The position numbers and the translations under genes are program-made. Below are positions 9,495 to 19,100 of a stretch of DNA of 64,000 nucleotides, piece after piece. The DNA is from Caldisericota bacterium (GTDB lineage: Bacteria; Caldisericota; Caldisericia; JAAYUI01), in contig JAKPMO010000026.1 in NCBI GenBank assembly GCA_029548865.1, positions 68,877 to 132,876 of the forward strand, written 5' to 3'. Below the pieces are notes generated by a model. That model saw only the letters and a program-made list of their open reading frames with translations. It made no database searches and was not told where the DNA came from. Position 1 is the stretch's first letter. The number at the start of each line of letters is the position of its first letter.

Positions 9495-10684
9495 TTGTTG
9501 TTGTAGAAATTTGTTGAGGTCTTGGTTTTCTTTTTGCAGCTAGTGGCATCCTTTAGCACAGATTCACCGCACAAAGGGTTTATCCCAAAAAAGTCCAGGA
9601 TTGTTGCTCCAACATCGCAAAGCGATTGCCTTGTCCCAAGATCAACACCCTCATAACCTTTCATGTAGCACATCAACATGGTGTATTCTCTTGTATGATC
9701 GGTGTGCTTCTCATGTGTTGGGTCACAGCCATGATCAGACGCCACTATTAGAAGATCATCATTGGCAAGAGACATGAGGAATTTGGGCCATGCCTCATCA
9801 AGCTCTGCAAGTGATTTTGCATACCCCTGTTTGTCGCGTCTGTGGCCATAGAGCATGTCCAGGTCTTCAAGATTGGCAAAGACGAAACCATGATACATCT
9901 GCCTATACATTTTTGTTCGCTCAAGGCACTCAATATTGCCAGGTGGATTATCAAAAGTATCAAGGTATTCTGGGAAAAGGTCAGCTATGCGTCCCACCCC
10001 AGATATGTTTATATTGCGTTTTTTGAGCTCTGAAAGGACATTTGGTTCCGGGATCTTGAGTGTAAAATCCCTTCTCCTGGAGGTTCTGTAATAATTTCCT
10101 GGCTCACCAGCAAATGGCCTGGCAATTACCCTCGCAAAGCTGTCTGGTTGATTAAAGTTGTTCCTTATTGTTTTGCAAATCTCATAAAGTTCGTTTACTG
10201 GTATCGTATTCTCATGGGCTGCAACCTGAAGTACGGAATCGGCTGATGTATAGATTATCGGCATGCCAGTTTTTTGGTGACGCTCTCCAAGCTGTTCGAT
10301 GATTTTTGTTCCTGAAGCTGGTTGGCCACCAAGGAGTCCTCTCCCTATGAGCTTAGATATAGTATCCATGATCTCTGAAGAAAACCCATCTGGGAAAACG
10401 TTAAAAGGATTAGTTTTTGGCTGACCCATCATCTCCCAGTGGCCTTCTACTGTTGATTTGCCTGATGATTTAGGAACCATGCGACCTGTTGATGCCTGGC
10501 TTGGTCCATCCCTGCCACAAAGTTTATACAGACCAAATTTTGTGAGATATGGTAAATTTAATTTGCCATTTTCAGTTGCATGGGAGAGAGTTGACGTACC
10601 TGCATCCTCGTACTGTGCAGCATCAGGGAGACACCCAACTCCTAGACCATCAATAATCAGCAGAACAGCACTTTTTCCGTTCAT
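9491..10684 (-). CDS. deoB: Phosphopentomutase
   Basis: IIDGLGVG, GHWEMMG, YTSADSVLQ, RVIARPF, D.LYGHRRD, SDHGCDP, DHTRE. Confidence 0.93.
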   Translation of the reverse strand: MNGKSAVLLIIDGLGVGCLPDAAQYEDAGTSTLSHATENGKLNLPYLTKFGLYKLCGRDGPSQASTGRMVPKSSGKSTVEGHWEMMGQPKTNPFNVFPDGFSSEIMDTISKLIGRGLLGGQPASGTKIIEQLGERHQKTGMPIIYTSADSVLQVAAHENTIPVNELYEICKTIRNNFNQPDSFARVIARPFAGEPGNYYRTSRRRDFTLKIPEPNVLSELKKRNINISGVGRIADLFPEYLDTFDNPPGNIECLERTKMYRQMYHGFVFANLEDLDMLYGHRRDKQGYAKSLAELDEAWPKFLMSLANDDLLIVASDHGCDPTHEKHTDHTREYTMLMCYMKGYEGVDLGTRQSLCDVGATILDFFGINPLCGESVLKDATSCKKKTKTSTNFYNNN

Positions 10685-10832
10685 ATAGAATTATATTAAT
10701 GTCTAAATTGATTGTTCTGGTTAAATAAGAATAAACCACTTCCAGATATTTCACTTTTTACCATAGTTTTCTTAAAATCACCTTCACTTCTAAAATTTGT
10801 GAAATTTTGATTATATATAGCTTAGTTCTGAT

Positions 10833-10852
10833 TTGACCTGATAACAGGTCAA
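10833..10852. promoter_or_regulatory. Dyad, candidate operator
   Basis: TTGACCTG-ATAA-CAGGTCAA in the AT-rich divergent intergenic region. Confidence 0.4.
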
Positions 10853-11118
10853 CAAGATTCAAAATGTGAAATTATTGTTGAATGTTGTCACGCCATCATT
10901 CAACATGGTGGATTTTGGACTTTTTTACGATATAATGATATATTACCGAAAAATAAGCGAAAATATAAAATCATTGTTTGTAAGAGGATACAGCATTTGC
11001 GTGATGATTTGTGAACCTAGTACAAAACTAGTGTAAATATCTCCAAAATGGACCATTGCATTTAAGATTGAATTGTGATTGAATACTAACATAAATTCAG
11101 GCGAAAGGAGCCAAACAT

Positions 11119-11652
11119 ATGAAAAAACTACTAGTTGTTTCAGTACTGTTTGCCTTAGCCTGTGGTTTGATGATGCCGGTGACCTATGGAACCAATGGTT
11201 CAACGGCTTTCAGACCATATGGCTGATGTCCTTCTGGAGGAGGCGGTGCGCCTCCACCACCACCCGCAGGTGCAACTACCGGTGGGTCAGCTGATACCGA
11301 TTTGGCATCGGATCCGACGCCAAAGAGCTGGTGCAGCAATGTTCTTGAGAATGACACAATCAGACTTCCATTTAACCTAATGGGCGAGTGCAAGGGCCAG
11401 GCCCCAGTCAATAACATCGAGATCTCGCTTGACGGCGGTTCAACATGGTTCAAGGCAAATCTGAACACCAAGACAAATGAGTGGTCCTATGAGCTCAACA
11501 CATCAATTCAGGGCTCAACCTACCAGCTTTTGACAAGGGCAACCGACAAAGCAGGCAGGACAGAACGCACAGTCAATCCAAATCTTGATGTCAGATATCG
11601 TAAGCGTCCGGTCACAATCAACATTGTTTCGCCAGGGACTGGAAGAGAGTAA
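11119..11652 (+). CDS. Secreted Ig-like-domain protein with an in-frame TGA at codon 36 (candidate selenoprotein, or a pseudogene)
   Basis: SD AAGGAG and ATG 11119, signal peptide MKKLLVVSVLFALACG, TGA 11224-11226. The same frame continues into the 11302..11652 ORF (EISLDGGSTW...RATDKAG Ig motif). Confidence 0.7.
11235..11259 (+). promoter_or_regulatory. SECIS-like hairpin
   Basis: GGAGGCG-GTG-CGCCTCC stem-loop plus an outer TGG/CCA pair; the loop begins after 19 intervening nt from the TGA. Confidence 0.4.
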
Positions 11653-11672
11653 CTCAAACCTAGTTTTTCCAC

Positions 11673-11704
11673 AAAAAAGACCAGCTTTTAAGCTGGTCTT
11701 TTTT
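11673..11704. terminator. Bidirectional intrinsic terminator
   Basis: A6-GACCAGCTT-TT-AAGCTGGTC-T6. Confidence 0.85.
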
Positions 11705-11750
11705 GTTTTTGGGCACAAATACGAATAGCTTTTATAATTCCTTTGAATAT

Positions 11751-11783
11751 AAAAAAGCTGGTTTTGAAAAAACCAGCTTTTTT
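11751..11783. terminator. Second bidirectional intrinsic terminator
   Basis: A6-GCTGGTTTT-GAA-AAAACCAGC-T6. Confidence 0.8.
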
Positions 11784-11806
11784 GTTATCTGATGGCTATT
11801 ATTAAA

Positions 11807-12253
11807 TCAGCAAATTTGAGAGCCTTTGTACTCCTCTTCCTCATCATCGTCTTCATCGTCAAAATCTTCATCGTCAAAATCGTCTTCTTCGTCATCCTGA
11901 AATTCACTGGCAAGATCTGGAACTGCCGCCATATATTCCTCCAGCATCTCTTGCGCCTCCTCAATTGATTCGTCTGAAACTAAAATTGGAACTGAGTTGG
12001 CTGAAGAAGGTCTCATTGCGGTCATGAACCTTGTTGGCGAAGATTGATCAATGTAGGTTGCAGCAATGTCATTCTCCCTCAAAAACTCCACTATGGCCTG
12101 AGCCTCTGCCAGGTTGTCGGCCATGTAGAGAATTTCTGGTTCGAACCCTGATTCGAGTTCCTCTTCGTCATAATCAGAAAAATCTTCACCGCAATTTGGA
12201 CAAATTTCATCGGTTTCATCACATATTGTTTTACATTTTGGGCAAATATTCAT
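11807..12253 (-). CDS. Zinc-ribbon + DUF2007-like protein with an acidic tail
   Basis: CPKC...CPNC, AEAQAIVEFLRENDI...ILVSDE, Asp/Glu-rich C-terminus. Confidence 0.75.
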   Translation of the reverse strand: MNICPKCKTICDETDEICPNCGEDFSDYDEEELESGFEPEILYMADNLAEAQAIVEFLRENDIAATYIDQSSPTRFMTAMRPSSANSVPILVSDESIEEAQEMLEEYMAAVPDLASEFQDDEEDDFDDEDFDDEDDDEEEEYKGSQIC

Positions 12254-12275
12254 GTTGTTTTTATCCTCTTTTTGG

Positions 12276-12303
12276 ATTCTAAAAGTGCTGCTATTCTTGT
12301 CAA
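12276..12303 (-). promoter_or_regulatory. Sigma70-type promoter
   Basis: TTGACA-N16-TAGAAT on the minus strand. Confidence 0.6.
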
Positions 12304-12455
12304 CGCTAAGAACGGAAGATGATAATGTTTTAGATATATCTAAAAGAAAGCGCCTGCAGGATTTAATTCCGAATCAGGTATTTTGGTGGGTTTAAGAATA
12401 TGTTTAATGGCAGCTATAAATTAGTGTGCAAAAATATTACAACTACCGCGCAAAA

Positions 12456-13259
12456 TCATTCTATAAACTCTTTTTGGGACCTTGTCTGGGCAAGATATAT
12501 CCCGATACAAAGGAATGCCGATACTTCAAATATGAATGGGAGCCAGCCGAACCAGTAGTTTGAAGGCATGATTGGCCATGAGATTGCCAGTAGCATTGCT
12601 GAAACGGCCAAAATCCCACCTTTGGATTGAACAAGAAAGAAACATGATAGTGATGAGGCAAGAATTGACAAAATGAGGGCAATTGTTGTAAAGGGCCCTT
12701 CAATTGGGAGGGCTGTAGCAAGGAAAACGGCAAAAACAGGCCCGATCACTGCCAAATATTTGCTTTTTGTATCGACCACTTCAAAATTGGACGACCATAG
12801 AGTGATCCACAGGGTTCCAATAAAAGAGAGGCCAAGTGAAATCCACGACCAGATTGGAGAAACAAGGCCCGATTTGACAAGTGATGAAATAAAGAATGAC
12901 GCAAAGAGAATTGAAAAACAGTACACAAGAGTGCATTTCTTTTGCCATATTGCTATGCCAAGGATTATTCCTGGGAGCACAATATTGATAAAACTGAAAT
13001 ATTTAACGCTCAAATTTTCAAGTGGTACGTATCCCATGGAAATAGTTTTCCCAACAGAAAGTGCCACCCCAAAAACGATTGATGCCATTAGAATGCCCTT
13101 GTTTTTGCTTGCAATTCCAATGGCTATGATGAGGATTGAGATTAGAATGTATATAAAAAAGCCATTTTTCAGGCCCTCTATAAGGCCAAGCTGGTCGAGT
13201 ATTATTGATGCAAGGGCAAGAACGCCAGCGACAACAAGGGCGATTGTTCTCTTGTTCAT
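12456..13259 (-). CDS. Multi-pass membrane protein, unknown function
   Basis: About 10 hydrophobic segments; start reassigned to ATG 13259 (MNKRTIALVV), which removes the overlap with ahcY. Confidence 0.7.
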   Translation of the reverse strand: MNKRTIALVVAGVLALASIILDQLGLIEGLKNGFFIYILISILIIAIGIASKNKGILMASIVFGVALSVGKTISMGYVPLENLSVKYFSFINIVLPGIILGIAIWQKKCTLVYCFSILFASFFISSLVKSGLVSPIWSWISLGLSFIGTLWITLWSSNFEVVDTKSKYLAVIGPVFAVFLATALPIEGPFTTIALILSILASSLSCFFLVQSKGGILAVSAMLLAISWPIMPSNYWFGWLPFIFEVSAFLCIGIYLAQTRSQKEFIE

Positions 13260-13354
13260 GCAAAGCATTCTAGCAGGGCTTTTACCCTTTTCAATGCAAA
13301 CTTTTAAATGGAAAAGAAATCTGCTATTTTGTTGTTTGCATAAGGAGGAGTTTA

Positions 13355-14584
13355 ATGAGCAGAATCTATGATGAAAAACTAAAAGATGCAGGCCTTTTGA
13401 AGATAGATTGGGTTTCAAAAAGAATGCCTGTCCTCACGAATCTTTCGGAATATCTAAAAGGCAAGTTTAGTGGGGTAAAAATCTCCATGTCCATACATCT
13501 TGAGGCCAAAACAGCTTATCTTGCAAAGGTACTCAAATTATCAGGTGCCGAGGTTGCAATTTGTTCATCAAATCCCCTCACTGCACAAGACGATGTTGCT
13601 GCTGGCCTGGCCTCCCTTGGAGTAAATGTTTTTGCAAGAAGAGGTGAAAGCGAGACCGAGCATGAAGAAAACATTGAGAGTACCCTGGCAATTAATCCTG
13701 ATCTTGTGCTTGATGATGGTGCTGATCTTGTTGTGACAATGGTCAGAAAGCACCCAAATATGAAAGTCCTTTGTGCAACAGAAGAAACAACCTCTGGTTT
13801 GACCAGGATGAGGGCGCTCGCCCGTGAGGGCAAGCTGCCATGTCCTGTGATTGCCGTGAATGATGCCCAGAGCAAATATCTTTTTGACAACAGGTATGGA
13901 ACAGGTCAGTCATCCTGGGATGGAATAATGAGGACAACCAACCTGACAGTGTGTGGGAAAACAGTGGTAATAGGCGGCTATGGCTGGGTGGGCAGGGGAC
14001 TTGCAATGAGAGCAAAAGGTCTTGGCGCCAGGGTTGTAGCGACTGAAGTTAACCCTATCAGGGCAATGGAGGCCTATTTTGACGGCTGTGAGGTCATGGA
14101 GATGAAAGATGCAGCCAGAATTGGCGACATCTTTGTGACCGCAACAGGTGACATCAACATAATTGATGGTAGACATTTTGATCTGTTGAAAGATGGGGCA
14201 ATCCTTTGTAATGCCGGACATTTTGATGTGGAAGTGTCGATGGCCCAGCTCAGAAACTATGCGGTTTCTCACAGAGAAGCCAGAAACAATATCCAGGAAT
14301 ATATGCTGTCTTCTGGAAAAAAAATCTATGTGCTTGGCGAGGGAAGACTTGTCAATCTGGTGTGTGCCGATGGCCACCCTGCGGAGATCATGGACCTCTC
14401 GTTTTCTTTACAGTCACTTTCCCTGCTTTATGGTCTGGAAAATGGGAAAAGCCTGGCAAAGGAAGTGGTCCCTGTTCCACAAAAGGTGGATATGGACGTT
14501 GCCAGGCTCAAATTGGAATCAGTTGGAGTAAAGGTCGACCAGTTGACTGAAGAGCAAGTTCGTTATTTGGCTTCTTGGGAATAG
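13355..14584 (+). CDS. ahcY: Adenosylhomocysteinase (short, archaeal/Thermotoga-like form)
   Basis: HLEAKTA, SSNPLTAQDD, EETTSG, FDNRYGTGQS, GYGWVGRG, NAGHFDVE, GHPAEIMDLSF. Confidence 0.95.
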   Translation: MSRIYDEKLKDAGLLKIDWVSKRMPVLTNLSEYLKGKFSGVKISMSIHLEAKTAYLAKVLKLSGAEVAICSSNPLTAQDDVAAGLASLGVNVFARRGESETEHEENIESTLAINPDLVLDDGADLVVTMVRKHPNMKVLCATEETTSGLTRMRALAREGKLPCPVIAVNDAQSKYLFDNRYGTGQSSWDGIMRTTNLTVCGKTVVIGGYGWVGRGLAMRAKGLGARVVATEVNPIRAMEAYFDGCEVMEMKDAARIGDIFVTATGDINIIDGRHFDLLKDGAILCNAGHFDVEVSMAQLRNYAVSHREARNNIQEYMLSSGKKIYVLGEGRLVNLVCADGHPAEIMDLSFSLQSLSLLYGLENGKSLAKEVVPVPQKVDMDVARLKLESVGVKVDQLTEEQVRYLASWE

Positions 14585-14970
14585 GTGTTCCTGGAGAGAA
14601 TAAATCCATTTACTCCGGCCCAGACCTGAACGATTACTGCAGCAACCATGAAGAAGAACATAAATGTGTTTACAGAGGCGGTTTTGTTCAATGCATCGAA
14701 CCCATACATATAGCCTAGAAACGCTGCTACAATCAATGAAAGCCCAAGCTGGGCAAATGCAGCATGCCATGTTGCAAGGAGTGCAGAGCTCATTGTTCTG
14801 AGTTTCTCCTTGTTTTCAGCAGAAACCTTGCCCCACTGGGCAATAAGGATTTTCTCGTTTTTCTTGAACGTGGCGAGTGAATAGATGAGTGCCACTATTG
14901 GTATGAAAAGAAATGTAATTCCAAGTATGATACCTGATGTTTTAATCTGTGAAACTTCGGTTTTGTCCAT
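14563..14970 (-). CDS. Small membrane protein (3 TM)
   Basis: SD GGAGGT before ATG 14970; three hydrophobic segments. Confidence 0.7.
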   Translation of the reverse strand: MDKTEVSQIKTSGIILGITFLFIPIVALIYSLATFKKNEKILIAQWGKVSAENKEKLRTMSSALLATWHAAFAQLGLSLIVAAFLGYMYGFDALNKTASVNTFMFFFMVAAVIVQVWAGVNGFILSRNTYSQEAK

Positions 14971-14987
14971 GTTGTACCTCCACGCCA

Positions 14988-15016
14988 ATTATATCTTGCG
15001 CAAGATCGTTCTTCAA
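14988..15016 (-). promoter_or_regulatory. Promoter with a palindromic operator in its spacer
   Basis: TTGAAG-N17-TATAAT; ATCTTGCGCAAGAT at 14993-15006. Confidence 0.55.
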
Positions 15017-15156
15017 GCTGCAGTGAGATGATTTCAACTGAAATCAAAATGTGTAAAATCATGCTATTTACATAATTAAATCTGGCTCATTTAAATTTTG
15101 TAATAAACAGCATTTTATGTATAATGTTACCAATCAAAAAAATTAAAGGACAATTT

Positions 15157-16098
15157 ATGGAAAAAACTTATACCGAAACTGACATCTTGGGCTCAATCAG
15201 AAAGATCAATCATGCAATTGCAAAAAGATCAAAGCTTGCGATAAGCAAATCAGGGTTTACTTTGCCGCAACTCTCTGTCATGCAGGAACTTCTACGCAAG
15301 GGCCCCATGACTGCAAGCGAACTCTCCAATTTTGTTTCAATAAGCATTTCTACCTTGACTGGTGTGGTAAGCAGGCTTGAAGCGAAAAAGATGGTGAAGA
15401 AAAACCAGTCAAAGCGTGACAGGCGATCTGTCGTCATTTCGATAACCAAAAAGGGAGAAGAAAAACTTGATGATCTCCCGCCCTTGGGGCTTGAAGATGC
15501 TCTTGAGTCACTTGGGTCTTGGGACAAGAAAATTTTTGGCCCAATGGTTTCCAAGCTTGCATCAGCGCTTGAAACAGATGGGTTGGCCAAAAGTGGGGAT
15601 GATGGACCCATGCTTGTTGGCACATTTGATGGCGATTGTGGGAAAGTAGATATCTATAGAGTCGATTCGCTGGGTTCGCTAGAATTCTTTACAACAGCCG
15701 ATGGCCTTGCGCGTTTTATTATGGATGCCCTCCACCCTTACGAAGATACTTTTGAGGACACGCTAAGGGGTATAGATGATGCCATAGGTGGTGATCCAAG
15801 GAAGGGCGGTTTTATTGTCCTTGCTGTCCAGAACAAAAAGGTGCTTGGTGTTGTGGTGATGCTCGAAACGAGAATGCAGGGCTACATCCCTGACAAGTGC
15901 CTTCTTTTTGTCGGGGTGGACCAGAACAATCGTAGCCACGGGATTGGTAGAAAACTCATAGAAACGGCCGTAAAGGAGTCCAGGGGCGATATTTATCTGC
16001 ATGTCGAGTATGCCAACAAGGGTGCCCAGCGCCTTTATGAGAGGATAGGCTTTGTAAACAGGTATGCCGAGATGAGGTATTACAAGCATTCGAAATAA
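15157..16098 (+). CDS. MarR-family wHTH fused to a GNAT acetyltransferase
   Basis: TLTGVVSRLEAKKMV...DRRSVVISIT (MarR); RSHGIGRKLI, N.GAQRLYERIGF (GNAT). Confidence 0.88.
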   Translation: MEKTYTETDILGSIRKINHAIAKRSKLAISKSGFTLPQLSVMQELLRKGPMTASELSNFVSISISTLTGVVSRLEAKKMVKKNQSKRDRRSVVISITKKGEEKLDDLPPLGLEDALESLGSWDKKIFGPMVSKLASALETDGLAKSGDDGPMLVGTFDGDCGKVDIYRVDSLGSLEFFTTADGLARFIMDALHPYEDTFEDTLRGIDDAIGGDPRKGGFIVLAVQNKKVLGVVVMLETRMQGYIPDKCLLFVGVDQNNRSHGIGRKLIETAVKESRGDIYLHVEYANKGAQRLYERIGFVNRYAEMRYYKHSK

Positions 16099-16119
16099 TC
16101 TGGGTTTTGCCTTGATATT

Positions 16120-16150
16120 AAAAAGGCCCTCCATTATGGAGGGCCTTTTT
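16120..16150. terminator. Bidirectional intrinsic terminator
   Basis: A5-GGCCCTCCA-TTA-TGGAGGGCC-T5 between convergent genes. Confidence 0.88.
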
Positions 16151-16168
16151 AATTAGTTGTTACCTAAT

Positions 16169-19100
16169 TTATTTCATGTGGACGATTCTTTCGACCTTTT
16201 TATTAAGGCCGAATGCATCGTCAACAGAGATAATCACTTTGTAATCGCCAGCTGAGGTGTAGGTGTGCGTTAGTGTGTGCGGCTCTTCATTTATTGCGGT
16301 GAAGATTTCTTTCTTGGAATTATCTCCGAAGTCGACAGTGACTTCATATGGTGAAGCACCATCTTTGCAGACTATCGTGAGTTCCATTTCCTGGCCGGCT
16401 TTGCCTTCCGAGGTCTTTGTGTTTATCCCCTTCCAGGTAGCAACAACACTGAGCTCTCTTCTGGCATTGTCCGGAACGATGATGATGGTTGCGTAGGCAT
16501 ATTTATCTGGGAGGCCGAGGGCTGATACTTTTCCGGTGTTAACAAGCACCATGTTGCTGGTCCTTGGAAGCATGTCCGGGTTCTTGATTCTGAATGTCAA
16601 TACAAACCTCTTCGATTCCCCTGGCTGGAGGTCGCCAATGTCGTATTTTACAGAAGTTGCACCACCCTGGTTTGCAGGTCTTGATGAGACAAATTCAAAT
16701 TCCCTTGGGAACAGGTCTGTCATGAACACTTCGCTGGCGACATCACCGCCAACATTTGCAACAGTCACTGTAAAGACTATGAGGTCCGTTGGCCTCAACA
16801 CCATTGCTTTTGCAGTTTTTGTAATCTGGGTCTTTGGTCTGTAGATCCCGAATGGGGCCTTGGCTGTTATTGGGTCGAGCTCATTTGTGAAGAGTATTGC
16901 GTTGTTTACAAATTCCAGGGTCTCTTCACCGAATATCTGGTGCTCGTCAATATTGAAGCTCAGAACATAAGTTAGTGACTCACCTGGCATGATAGTACCA
17001 ATGTAGAGAGTCCAGATACCATTCCTGACTTCTCCAAGCGGCGGTTCAACCGTGATATAGGCAAGAACATTTGGCAATTCATCAACAAGCGTGACTTCAG
17101 TGAGCGGATCTGTGCCGCCATTTGTTACAACAAGGGTAAACTGGACTATTTCATTCTTCTTGAAGTAGCGCTGATTAACTGTTTTTGTCAGTGTAGCGCC
17201 ACGAGTATGGATTGTGACGGTGGCCTGGGAATTGACTGGTTCAATGCCCCTGGCTGTGCAAATGGCAAAGTTTGTCACTGTAAGCGGTTCACCACCAAAG
17301 TTGTAGTCCGGGAGGACTCTGAAAGAGATGGTCAATGTTCTTATCTCACCGGTTGCCATGTCGCCAACGCCCCACTGTATTACATTACCATTGACGGTGA
17401 CTGGTTCGGATGAGGAAATATACATGAATTCGACTGGGAAAGTATCTGTTACGATGACGTTTGTTGAGGCATTGAATGCTGAATTTACTGTAAGTGTGAA
17501 GACGATCACTTCATTGGAGAAGTAGTCAGTTTTGGAAGACGATTTTATAAAACCTATTGCTCCTGATGTATTGCAAACTTCATTTGACACGAGCGGGATG
17601 TTTCTATCAAAACGGTGCCTGAAAGTTGCTCTGTTACAAATATTTGAAGTAACGGTTGCATCAACCAATACCTGGAAAGTGAATACTAGGTCATCTTCTT
17701 CGTCGTTTGCTATTGCCCAGCGTAGTATTGTCCCACTTGGCGAGCCATTTGGCGCATCACCAGCGATCCATGTGAAACCGCCATCAGTTGAGTAAGATGC
17801 AATTGCTGGATTGGCAGAACCACCGATGTATGTTGTTCCATTTGGTATTGCATCTGTAATGTACGCACCCCTGAGTGGGTCACCATCTGGATTGTCAAAA
17901 GACCAATTTAATCTATAGGTGAGTGTGTCACCACCCCTTACTGGAGCAGCGTCATCGGTGAAATCAAGATCTCCGTCTACATCAACTTCTTTTGTCAGAT
18001 CAAAAGTACCGGTCATGTTGAAGAAAAGCCTCACATACATTATTTCCCAGTTTTTGGGCGGGTTTGTTGGGTCGTAATCACTCGCTTCATTGTATGTGAA
18101 ATCTTCCCATGAGATGTGTGGCATGTCGACACTATCGACGATCAGATCTGGCTCAAGTGAATCCCTTCTATTGGCACTGACAACAACATTTGTTCCATCA
18201 GTGGAGCTGTATGTTTGCTTGTTTCCACAAAGCCAGTTTGATCCGTTCCAGTAGAAGTAGCAAATTTCAAAATTGCTGTTCCAAGTGTTGTCTGACCATG
18301 CAATGTGTGGGTTATTGTTTGAGTCAAGCTCAAGGGACGGAGTGTTTGAATCACCAGTATTATTGGTGACGTTTGCATTGGTGCCATTGTATACAGCATT
18401 ATTTATAGTGATCCAGGATGATCCACTCCATCTAACATAGAAAATATCAAAATTGCCGCTGGCCGTCCTGTTTGACCAAGCAATGTGCGGCCTGTTGTTT
18501 GTGTCCACTTCGAGCGATGGCCTGACGGAAGTCGAAGTGCTACTGGAAACTCTGGGACTACTTGATGTCCAGACGCCCCCTGAGACATTGAGCCAGTCTG
18601 TGCCATTGGAGCGGACATAAGCAATTTGCCATGTTACGCCCCAGTTCATGTCTTGCCATGCAATGTGCGGCCTGTTGTTTGAATCCAAGGCAAGAGACGA
18701 GAATTCGGAATCTTTGCCTGGGGTCTGGCTTACGATGACAGCGGTCATGCCACCACCACCCGACCATGAAACACCCCTATGGCTTACCCAATCTGTTGTT
18801 CCAGCAGTAGTCAGTCTGGCATAAATTATTTCTCTATCACCCTTGTCATCCATTGTCATTGAAACATGTGGAAGATTGTTGGAATCAAGCTTGAGGCATG
18901 GGTCGTAATAGTTGATTTGTCCTGGAGGGCTTATCCTGCAGTTTCCAGTGGCGCCATACGAGGAATTGTTGTCCTGCTCCCATTGGCGATCAACCGGGTC
19001 CCAATGTACGTAGGCAGGTTCATAATTGCTTCCCCATGTTACATCCACCCAAACGATGTGTGGCATATCATTTGAATCGAGCTGGAGCGATGGGTTAATT

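Noticed and set aside
10943..11471. Short overlapping ORFs (10943-, 11079+, 11184-, 11186+)
   Set aside because: They lack SDs and motifs, and are better explained by the 11119 frame.
11850..11895. 15-nt tandem repeat in the acidic tail
   Set aside because: Low-complexity DDEDF coding repeat; ordinary.
12673..13371. 232-aa plus-strand ORF
   Set aside because: Antisense shadow of the membrane-protein gene; no SD or recognisable motifs.
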